From NCBI GenBank assembly GCA_029977865.1, contig JAPOKA010000007.1:5-64004 (forward strand): 64,000 nt of DNA, given 5' to 3'. A program made the position numbers and the translations under genes. The notes below the pieces were generated by a model. It was not told the origin of the DNA and did not search any database. It worked only from the letters and a program-made list of their open reading frames with translations. This stretch comes from a bacterium. Lineage in GTDB: Bacteria; Planctomycetota; Phycisphaerae; Phycisphaerales; SM1A02. This document shows, in pieces, positions 56,579-64,000 of this stretch (the first letter of the stretch is position 1; each line of letters starts with the position of its first letter).

Positions 56579-58432
56579 GTGTGCGGCATCAGCGGGTTCA
56601 CCTGGCGGGACGAGGCGCTCTGTCGCCGCATGGCGCTTGCCTTGTCGCATCGAGGGCCCGATGAGATCGGGGTCTGGACCGGCGACGGCGCCTCGCTCGG
56701 GCACACTCGCCTCAAGGTCATCGACCTCACCGCCTCGGGCGATCAGCCGATGGCGAACGACGATGGCTCGATCGTCCTCGTCTACAACGGCGAGATCTAC
56801 AACTTCCAGGAACTCCGCGCCGAACTGGAGGCCGGAGGAGCGAGGTTTCGAGGCACCTCCGACACCGAGGTCCTGCTTCGAGGCTACGAGCGGTGGGGAC
56901 TCGATTGCTTTCAGCGCTTCAACGGCATGTGGGCGGTGGCGATCCTGGATCGGCGCCGTGGCGAACTGATCCTCTGCCGCGATCGGATCGGCGTGAAGCC
57001 GCTGCACTACTGCATGACCTCCAAGGGGCTCGCGTTCGCAAGCGAGATCAAGGCCCTGCTCGAGCACGACATCTCTCGAGAGGTTGACCAGGAAGCCGTC
57101 GACCTTCTGCTCTCAGCGCAGTTCGTGCCGAGCCCTTGGACGCTCTTCAAGTCGATTCGCAAGCTCGAACCGCGGCACCTGCTGATCTGGAACCTCGAGC
57201 GCCGGAGTCTCGAGAAGCGGTGTTGGTACGAGATTCCCGAGTATCGGCCGGAGCACGACCTCGCCGCACTGGTGGATGAAGGCCGCGCCCTGATCGATGA
57301 CGCCACACGTCGCCGACTCGTCGCGGACGTGCCGGTAGGAGCCTTTCTCTCGGGAGGAATCGACAGCACCGCGATCGTGGCGTTCATGAGACGCCACGTG
57401 GAGCCGGGCAAGCTGCACACCGTGGGAGTCGGCTTCGAGTTGCCGGGGCTCGACGAGAGCGAGTACATCCGGATGGCGGCATCGAAGTTCGAGACCGTGC
57501 ACCATCAGATCGACTTTCGGCTCGATCAGATCGACTCGCTTCTGGACCAGATCGACGAGATCTACGACGAGCCGGTGGCCGACCACTCTTCGCTTCCGAG
57601 CCTGGTGCTGTGCGAGGAGACGAGGCGCTGGATGACGGTCGCGCTGAGCGGCGACGGAGGCGACGAAGCGTTCGGGGGATACCAGAGCCGGCAGGTTGTC
57701 GTGCAGTTCCTGCTGCTTCGTCGCATCCCGACGGTGCTCCGACGGATCGCCCACCGGATCCTCGCCTCGGCCTGCGGGTACGGCTGGAGCCGATTCGGGC
57801 GGATCGCCGAGGCGCTGCGGGTGAGCCTGATGCCGCCGGAGGACTACCCCGGCGAGATCGGAGCATCGCTGGTCTACCGTCCTGCGGTCTATCGGCGGTG
57901 GACTCGGGACTGCATGCGCCACTTGCTTCCGTTGTCGCAAGGCAACCTTGTCGAGGCCATGCTCAAGTTCGACATCTACTTCAATCGCCTCGGCGACAAC
58001 TACGCAGCCAAGGTCGATCGGATGTCCATGGCTCACGCCCTCGAGGTCCGATCGCCGCTGATGGACTACCGTCTGATGGAGTTCGCCTCGCGAGTCCCGG
58101 TCCGATGGAAGATCTCGCGGCACGGCACCAAGATCATCTTCAAGCGGATGCTTCGCGGAATCGTGCCGGACGAGATCCTCGATCGCCCCAAGCACGGATT
58201 CGCGGCGCCGCTCTCGGCATGGGCGCTCGAGCGGCTGGACGAACTGGCTCGGGATGCCGAGCATCTGCACGAGGCTGGCGTGCTCTCCCGGGAATGGATC
58301 GTGTACTTCCGCGCGGCCTTCGCCGATCCGAAGCTTCCCTACGCCATGGAGTTCCTGAAGCGGCTGGTGTTCCTCGTCCGTTGGCACCGTCGATGGGGGA
58401 AGGCGCCGGCGGTTGCTGCGGCGACGACCTGA
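56579..58432 (+). CDS. Asparagine synthase (glutamine-hydrolysing) family amidotransferase
   Basis: GTG start followed by Cys (MCGISG, Ntn nucleophile). HRGPDE, LSGGIDST (PP-loop), SLPS. Confidence 0.85.
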   Translation: MCGISGFTWRDEALCRRMALALSHRGPDEIGVWTGDGASLGHTRLKVIDLTASGDQPMANDDGSIVLVYNGEIYNFQELRAELEAGGARFRGTSDTEVLLRGYERWGLDCFQRFNGMWAVAILDRRRGELILCRDRIGVKPLHYCMTSKGLAFASEIKALLEHDISREVDQEAVDLLLSAQFVPSPWTLFKSIRKLEPRHLLIWNLERRSLEKRCWYEIPEYRPEHDLAALVDEGRALIDDATRRRLVADVPVGAFLSGGIDSTAIVAFMRRHVEPGKLHTVGVGFELPGLDESEYIRMAASKFETVHHQIDFRLDQIDSLLDQIDEIYDEPVADHSSLPSLVLCEETRRWMTVALSGDGGDEAFGGYQSRQVVVQFLLLRRIPTVLRRIAHRILASACGYGWSRFGRIAEALRVSLMPPEDYPGEIGASLVYRPAVYRRWTRDCMRHLLPLSQGNLVEAMLKFDIYFNRLGDNYAAKVDRMSMAHALEVRSPLMDYRLMEFASRVPVRWKISRHGTKIIFKRMLRGIVPDEILDRPKHGFAAPLSAWALERLDELARDAEHLHEAGVLSREWIVYFRAAFADPKLPYAMEFLKRLVFLVRWHRRWGKAPAVAAATT

Positions 58433-58462
58433 GTCCCCGGAGATCCGGCTGTTGTCGCCGGT

Positions 58463-60121
58463 TCATGCCAGCAGGCTTCGCCCGGTCATCTCCGCGGGCG
58501 GCGTGATTCCCATCATCGCCAGCAGCGTCGGCGCCACGTCGGCGAGCCGGCCGTCGTCGCGAAGGCGGCATCCGCGGTACCTCGAGCCCACCACGAAGAG
58601 CGGCACCGTGTAGTTGGTGTGTGCGGTGTGGGGTCGGCCGGTGGCGGGATCGCGCATCTGCTCGGCGTTGCCGTGGTCGGCGGTGACGATCAGCGACCCG
58701 CCGCGGGCGAGCGTGGCGTCCACGATCCTCCCGACACACTCGTCGACCACCTCGACCGCGCGGATCGCGGCCTCGAGGCTGCCGGTGTGGCCGACCATGT
58801 CCGGGTTGGCGAAGTTGACCACCAAGAGCGCCTCGCAGTCTGCGGCCGCAAGCCGCCGCAGCACCGCGGCGCAGACGCCTTCGGCGGACATCTCCGGCTT
58901 GAGGTCGTAGGTCGCGATCTCGCGGGGGCTCTGGACGATCTCCCGCCGCTCGCCGGGGAAGGGCTCCTCGCGGTAGTCGTTGAAGAAGAAGGTCACGTGC
59001 GGAAACTTCTCGGTTTCGGCGCAGCGAAACTGCGTGCGGCCCGACCGCGAGACCACCTCGCCGAGGATGTTCTTCATCTTCGGAGGCTTGGGGAAGACCA
59101 CCTCGACCGGGAGCCCGGTCTCGTACTCGGTGAAGGTCGCGAAGTGGAGTTGGCGCGGGCGGTTGCCCCGTTCGAAGCCGCCGCCCTGCACCGCAGCCCA
59201 CGCCGCATCGTCGAGCACGAAGGCCTTGACCAGTTCGCGGGGACGATCGCCGCGGAAGTTGAAGAGGATCACCGCGTCCCCGTCGCGAATGCGGCCGGCC
59301 TCGCGCAACTCCGGTCGATCGCTCGGCGCGATCGCGACCGGGGCGATGAACTCGTCGCCGAAGCGCGAGGCATCCGGCGGGGATCTGTAGGCCGCATCGA
59401 TCGCAGCCTCGGCGGAGTCGGCGAACGCCTCCGGCGGTCCGACGAGGCATCGCCACGCACGCTCGACCCGATCCCAGCGGTGATCACGGTCCATCGCCCA
59501 GAACCGACCCATCACGGAGGCGATCGAACCGCGACCGGCGAGGTGGGCTTCGATCCTTCGCAGGAACCCGCGTCCGGAGTCTGGTGCGGTGTCGCGACCA
59601 TCGGTGATCGCCTGCACGAAGAGGCGGTTCGGCGGAACACCCTCGGCCGCTGCGAGGTCGACGAGTGCAAGGAGATGGTCGAGATCGCTGTGGACCTGGC
59701 CATCGCTGGCCAGTCCGAGCAGGTGCACGCGGCCCGGTCCGCGGCGGCCGACCGCCAGCGCCGCCCGGAGCACGGGATTGGACCGGAAGGACCCGTCGCG
59801 GATCGAGTTGGTGATCCGCATCAGCTCCTGGTCGACGATTCTTCCCGCCCCGATGTTCTGGTGACCGACCTCGGAGTTGCCCATCGTGGGGCCGGCCGGC
59901 CCCTCGGGCAGGCCGACATCCTCGCCGCTGGTGGCGATCAGCGTGTGCGGCCACTCCGCGGCAAGGCGATCCGCGACCGGCGTCCGTGCGAGGGCGATGG
60001 CGTTGAAGGAGCGGTGCTCCGGGTGCGGGTTCTCTCCCCACCCGTCGCGAACCATCAGCACCACCGGCGGTGTGGAGGTGGCGGGTTGGCGAGGTGTGAT
60101 GGCGGGATCGACGTCGTTCAT
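58463..60121 (-). CDS. gpmI: 2,3-bisphosphoglycerate-independent phosphoglycerate mutase
   Basis: VLMVRDGWG, GNSEVGHQNIGAGR, ITDGRDT, NFANPDMVGHTG, TADHGN. Confidence 0.92.
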   Translation of the reverse strand: MNDVDPAITPRQPATSTPPVVLMVRDGWGENPHPEHRSFNAIALARTPVADRLAAEWPHTLIATSGEDVGLPEGPAGPTMGNSEVGHQNIGAGRIVDQELMRITNSIRDGSFRSNPVLRAALAVGRRGPGRVHLLGLASDGQVHSDLDHLLALVDLAAAEGVPPNRLFVQAITDGRDTAPDSGRGFLRRIEAHLAGRGSIASVMGRFWAMDRDHRWDRVERAWRCLVGPPEAFADSAEAAIDAAYRSPPDASRFGDEFIAPVAIAPSDRPELREAGRIRDGDAVILFNFRGDRPRELVKAFVLDDAAWAAVQGGGFERGNRPRQLHFATFTEYETGLPVEVVFPKPPKMKNILGEVVSRSGRTQFRCAETEKFPHVTFFFNDYREEPFPGERREIVQSPREIATYDLKPEMSAEGVCAAVLRRLAAADCEALLVVNFANPDMVGHTGSLEAAIRAVEVVDECVGRIVDATLARGGSLIVTADHGNAEQMRDPATGRPHTAHTNYTVPLFVVGSRYRGCRLRDDGRLADVAPTLLAMMGITPPAEMTGRSLLA

Positions 60122-60229
60122 GGAAGCGCGACTCGGCAGCGTACGAGCGAGTATCGCAGGTTCGCCGGGGCGGAGACCGAGCAGACGTGCGGTTGTGGTC
60201 CCGCGCTGCGCGGTCTATCCTCGACATCC

Positions 60230-61081
60230 ATGGAATCGACAGCGGGAACTTCGTCGGTGAACTCGGCCGAGCTGCCTCTCTCGGAGCGCCTCGAGCAGGT
60301 TCGGGAGCGGGTTCGCGAGGCGGCCCGCAGCGCCGGGCGGCATCCGGGAGAGATTGCGGTGGTGGCGGTCACCAAGTACGCCTCGATCGATGTCATTCGA
60401 GAGGCGATCGGACTCGGGCAGGTCGACTTCGGTGAAAATCGGGTGCAGCAGTTGGTGCAACGCGCGGCGCAGGTGGAGGAGTACCTCTCGCGGCGGCGGC
60501 AGTTGCCGGAGGCCGCCGGCGACGGCGCTCATCCGGCGGCGGTTCGTTGGCACATGATCGGCCATCTGCAGCGGAACAAGGTTCGCAAGGCCGTGGAGCT
60601 CTGCCGACTGATCCACGGTGTGGACAGCCTGCGGGTGGCGGAGGAGATCCAGGCGGTCTCGGCCCGTCGCGAGCAGCCCGTCGAGGTCCTGGTGCAGGTG
60701 AATGTCGCCGGCGAAGCGAGCAAGAGTGGGGTCGCGGCCGCCGCGGCGCGGCACCTCGTCGACCAGATCGACACCATGGTCAACGTCCGACCGCGCGGCC
60801 TGATGTGCATGGCGCCCCTCGGCGCCGACGGTGTTGCGAAACCGGAACTCGCCCGACGGACCTTCGAGCGTTGCCGAGAGCTCTTCGAGGACATTCGCAG
60901 CGCCGGATCCGGCGGCGAGCGCTTCGACCTGCTGTCGATGGGAATGAGCGGCGACTTCGAGACCGCGATCGCCTGCGGGGCCAACCTGGTCCGGGTGGGG
61001 TCGGCGATCTTCGGCGAGGGTCCGGCCGACGGTGCCGACGAACCCGACGAGGCGGATGGCGAGGACTCGGATCGGAACTGA
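60230..61081 (+). CDS. yggS: YggS-family pyridoxal-phosphate-binding protein with an acidic C-terminal tail
   Basis: C-terminal part of track ORF 58619..61081, starting at ATG 60230. VVAVTKY, FGENRVQ, WHMIGHLQRNK, LSMGMSGDFE, VRVGSAIFG. Confidence 0.85.
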   Translation: MESTAGTSSVNSAELPLSERLEQVRERVREAARSAGRHPGEIAVVAVTKYASIDVIREAIGLGQVDFGENRVQQLVQRAAQVEEYLSRRRQLPEAAGDGAHPAAVRWHMIGHLQRNKVRKAVELCRLIHGVDSLRVAEEIQAVSARREQPVEVLVQVNVAGEASKSGVAAAAARHLVDQIDTMVNVRPRGLMCMAPLGADGVAKPELARRTFERCRELFEDIRSAGSGGERFDLLSMGMSGDFETAIACGANLVRVGSAIFGEGPADGADEPDEADGEDSDRN

Positions 61082-61084
61082 GAC

Positions 61085-61621
61085 TCAGGTTTGCTCGGCG
61101 TCCTCGGGATCGGGCGCTGTGGCCGCTTCGGGGGATGAGGTGATCGCTCCGGCTTGGTGCTCCGCTCGCGCAGATTCGGCGGCGTCCCAAGGTCGATGCT
61201 GCCGCGCGATGGGGACTCTGCCGAAACGGCTCCGGCAGCGGTAGCAGACCAGGCGGGTCCGCGCGAAAAACAGCACGCCGACGTCGAGCGTCAGCAGAAC
61301 CCCCAGTCCAAACAGCACTCGGGGGTCGTCGGCGTGGCCGAGCAGCGCGAGCACGACACCGGCGAAGGCGAGCACGAGCACGAACGGAGTGAGTGCCGGC
61401 AGCGAACGCTGTCGAAAGAGCGATCTGCCCCCGCAGACCGGGCACCCTCGAAGGCGAGCGGAGTCGTCGAGCACGCCTTCCCACTCGAGGAAGAGATCCT
61501 CCTCCACCGGCCCATCCGGTTCCTGCCGCTTCAACCGGACTCGCGGCGGGCGGGTCGCCGGATCAAGGACGGCCCGTCCGAGCGGGCGACGGTCCTGCGG
61601 GTCTCTGGCCTCGAGTTCCAT
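61085..61621 (-). CDS. Hypothetical membrane protein with a split zinc ribbon (CPVCG..2 TM..CYRC)
   Basis: GC3-rich ORF 15 nt downstream of tmk on the same strand. CPVCGGRSLF, TM helices LTPFVLVLAFAGVVLALLG and LFGLGVLLTLDVGVLFF, then CYRCRSRF. Confidence 0.55.
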   Translation of the reverse strand: MELEARDPQDRRPLGRAVLDPATRPPRVRLKRQEPDGPVEEDLFLEWEGVLDDSARLRGCPVCGGRSLFRQRSLPALTPFVLVLAFAGVVLALLGHADDPRVLFGLGVLLTLDVGVLFFARTRLVCYRCRSRFGRVPIARQHRPWDAAESARAEHQAGAITSSPEAATAPDPEDAEQT

Positions 61622-61636
61622 GCCGACTTTGGTCGC

Positions 61637-62317
61637 TCACCCGGTGGGAGATCGCGCGGCGGGCGCTGCCGGTTGCTGCCAGCGGAGTGCAGCCGACTGC
61701 AGCCGATCGAGCAGTGCCGCGAAGACCTCTTCGGGCGGCGGGGTGGTGTCGACCACCGCGTAGCGGTCGGGCCAGACCCGGGCCTGCTCGAGGAAGCCGG
61801 CGCGGACCCGGCGGTGGAACTCCGGCCCGCGTTGCTCGATGCGATCGCGATCGGCCGGGAGACGCTCGTCTGCGATCGCCTCGTCGACGTCGAGGATCAC
61901 CGTGAGGTCGGGTTCGATGCCGCCGGTCGCCACCGAGCCGACCGCCGCGATCTCCTCGAAGGAGAGGCCACCCGCGGTGCCCTGGTAGGCGAGGGTCGAG
62001 CTGAGGAACCGGTCCGAAACCACCGTTGCTCCCTCCGCGAGGGCGGGGGCGATCCGCTCGCGGCAGAGTTGGGAGCGGCTGGCCATGTAGAGCAGCATCT
62101 CGCAGCGAAGGTCCATCTCCTCGCAGGCTGGATCGAGCAGGATCTCGCGGATCCGCTCGCCGATCGCGGTGCCCCCCGGCTCGCGGACCTCGACCGGGTC
62201 GAGCCCGCGCTGGCCGAGCCAGCCCAGGAGCATTCGAAGCTGGGTGCTCTTTCCGCAGCCGTCGGGTCCGTCGAGGACGAGCAGGCGGCCTCGGAGTCGT
62301 GGGGTCCAGTCTGACAT
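61637..62317 (-). CDS. tmk: dTMP kinase
   Basis: LLVLDGPDGCGKSTQ (P-loop), REPGGT, DRF..STLAYQG. Confidence 0.9.
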   Translation of the reverse strand: MSDWTPRLRGRLLVLDGPDGCGKSTQLRMLLGWLGQRGLDPVEVREPGGTAIGERIREILLDPACEEMDLRCEMLLYMASRSQLCRERIAPALAEGATVVSDRFLSSTLAYQGTAGGLSFEEIAAVGSVATGGIEPDLTVILDVDEAIADERLPADRDRIEQRGPEFHRRVRAGFLEQARVWPDRYAVVDTTPPPEEVFAALLDRLQSAALRWQQPAAPAARSPTG

Positions 62318-62540
62318 GGTCAGGAAGGGGTTATCGCGGCGGACTCTCGACCTCGCAAGCCCGAGTCGGGGTGGAACTGGGTCGACTTTCGCGCATTTGC
62401 CGCAGGCGTGCGGGTCGCCGTGCCGATAGCCGGTCGATAACCGGGCAGGTCCGGTCCGCTCAACGCGAGACGGCCACCGGACCGATCACCCCGAAGCGGC
62501 AGAGCCGCGAAGTTCCCACGACTCAGGAGCGCTCCTTCCC

Positions 62541-64000
62541 ATGTCGGATCCACGGACGGTCTTCCGCACGGCACTCGGCTGCACCCTCGGAACTCTTCTC
62601 GCCGCCTCTCCGGCGACCCTCGCCGCCGACGATGAAGCGGCGATGTCGCTTCAGGAGATGGCCAAGCGGCTCCGCGAACTCGAAACCGCCAACGACTCGT
62701 TGAGGCAGGAGGTCCGCGACCTCAAGGCCCAGGACGGAGTCGACTGGCTCAACGACGAGCGGGCGACGCAGATCCGGGGCATCGTCACCGACGTCCTTGC
62801 CGACGCCGAGAGCCGGACGAGCTTCCAGCAGGCACCGGTCACCGCCGGATACAAGAACGGATTCTTCATCGCGAGTGCCGACGGCGCGTTCACGATGAAG
62901 TTGCAGGGTCTCATGCAGACCCGGTTCGTCTGGGATCACCTCAGCGGCGATCCCAACGGCATCAGCTATCCCAACGCTCCCGACAGCAAGCAATCCCGTT
63001 ACGGATGGGAGATCCCCACCGCCCAGCTGACCCTGAGCGGCACGCTGTGGGACCAGACCTTCGAGTACATGATCCGCGGCGGCTACTCCAACGATCCGAC
63101 GGTCACCCTCGAGGACCAGGGCTACGGCGGATCGGGGAGCCGCATCGCGACCCCTTCGCTCTCCGAGCAGGGGATCGCCCTGTACGGCTCGGGCAGCGGC
63201 ACCCTGAGGCTCTACGAGGCCTGGGCCCGAGCCAACCTCAGTCAGGACTGGGCCTTCCGAGTCGGACAGTTCCGGCTTCCATTCGATCGGGAGTTCCTGG
63301 TCTACGACGCCTACACCATGCTTGCGTCACGGTCGCTCATCTCGACCAAGCTCGGAGTGGGCTTCTCGCAGGGCGTCGAGCTCGAGTACTACGGCGACAG
63401 CCTTCGTTGGAAGGTCGCATACTCCGACGGCGGCACCGACTCGATCGGCGGCAGCAACCTCGCACTGGTCGGCACCTCGCCGATCAACACTCCCTGGTAC
63501 CAGACCCAGGCCGACTGGGCGATCACCAGCCGCCTCGAGTACAAGGTCAACGGTCTCTGGGAGGACTTCCGCCAGTTCACCAGCCCGCGCGGCGAAGACT
63601 ACGGCCTGCTCGTCGGCGCCGCTGTCCACTACCAGCAGGGCAAGCCCTGGTACTCGCAGGACATCGTCACCGGCACCGGCGACGACTACAACAACTGGCT
63701 CAACGTCACCGCCGACGTGACCGCGAACTTCGGAGGGGCGAGCCTCTTCGCCTCGGTCTACTGGTCGAACATCTCCTCCGGTGCCGCGCAGGTGCTGCAG
63801 TACTCCCCGGGCGGCTTCGGGGCGCAGCCGAGTTACTACGCCAGTTCGACCAACGTCTTCGGGTTCCTGGTGCAGGGTGCGATGTACGTCTCCGACGAGA
63901 TCGAGCTCTTCGCCCAGTTCGAGTACGGCACCTCGAGCGGCCCCTTCAACTTGCCCAACACCAGCCTGCAGCCGCAAGGCTTCGCACCCGCCAACTTCAA
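62541..64000 (+). CDS. Outer-membrane porin (phosphate-selective porin O/P-like) with an N-terminal coiled coil; 3' end lies outside the window
   Basis: Not in the ORF track because it has no stop inside the window. My translation from ATG 62541 (aggag at 62525) gives signal MSDPRTVFRTALGCTLGTLLAASPATLAA, coiled coil LQEMAKRLRELETANDSLRQEVRDLKAQ, then GYKNGFFIASADGAFTMKLQGLMQTRFVW and alternating beta-strand pattern with aromatic girdles. Confidence 0.75.
   Translation, partial: MSDPRTVFRTALGCTLGTLLAASPATLAADDEAAMSLQEMAKRLRELETANDSLRQEVRDLKAQDGVDWLNDERATQIRGIVTDVLADAESRTSFQQAPVTAGYKNGFFIASADGAFTMKLQGLMQTRFVWDHLSGDPNGISYPNAPDSKQSRYGWEIPTAQLTLSGTLWDQTFEYMIRGGYSNDPTVTLEDQGYGGSGSRIATPSLSEQGIALYGSGSGTLRLYEAWARANLSQDWAFRVGQFRLPFDREFLVYDAYTMLASRSLISTKLGVGFSQGVELEYYGDSLRWKVAYSDGGTDSIGGSNLALVGTSPINTPWYQTQADWAITSRLEYKVNGLWEDFRQFTSPRGEDYGLLVGAAVHYQQGKPWYSQDIVTGTGDDYNNWLNVTADVTANFGGASLFASVYWSNISSGAAQVLQYSPGGFGAQPSYYASSTNVFGFLVQGAMYVSDEIELFAQFEYGTSSGPFNLPNTSLQPQGFAPANF

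Noticed and set aside
1-64000. Search for CRISPR arrays, tRNA/rRNA genes, IS elements and long direct or inverted repeats.
   Set aside because: No regularly spaced repeats were seen, no T-loop (GTTCGAATC-like) sequence occurs in any intergenic region over 100 nt, and there are no transposase-like ORFs. This was visual inspection only, so short or degenerate elements could have been missed.

Overview
High-G+C (roughly two-thirds by eye), very gene-dense chromosomal window. I support about 53 protein-coding genes on both strands and one textbook intrinsic terminator. Two genes are truncated by the window edges; I found them by my own translation because the ORF track omits edge-truncated ORFs. 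I saw no rRNA, tRNA, CRISPR array, IS element or prophage. Most long ORFs in the supplied track are antisense or out-of-frame shadows caused by the G+C bias. I chose real genes by recognisable family motifs, third-codon-position G+C (GC3), signal peptides, SD-like sequences and stop/start overlaps (ATGA, GTGA, TGATG), and trimmed many track ORFs to internal starts. No database search was run, so every family name is motif recognition. Housekeeping content includes lepB, nfo, xerD, ggt, xylA, mnmE, yidC, lpdA, asnB-like, gpmI, yggS and tmk. There is also a CUT2-type sugar ABC transporter with galM, a PSCyt1/DUF1549/LamG/DUF1553 giant protein paired with a Tat-exported DUF1501 protein, a prepilin-like protein, a dockerin-tailed secreted protein and a porin. 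This repertoire suggests Planctomycetota (Phycisphaerae-like), which is inference only. Best candidates for new biology: (1) a 14.5-kb, 13-gene glycan locus (28.2-42.8 kb) with a Wzx-type flippase, six GT2, one GT4, a DUF2304 protein, two multi-pass membrane proteins carrying paralogous TPR tails (one TMTC/DUF1736-like GT-C) and two tandem PAPS-type sulfotransferases, which points to a sulfated extracytoplasmic glycan or glycoprotein pathway; (2) a single ORF fusing chorismate mutase, prephenate dehydratase/ACT and type I-beta DAHP synthase.
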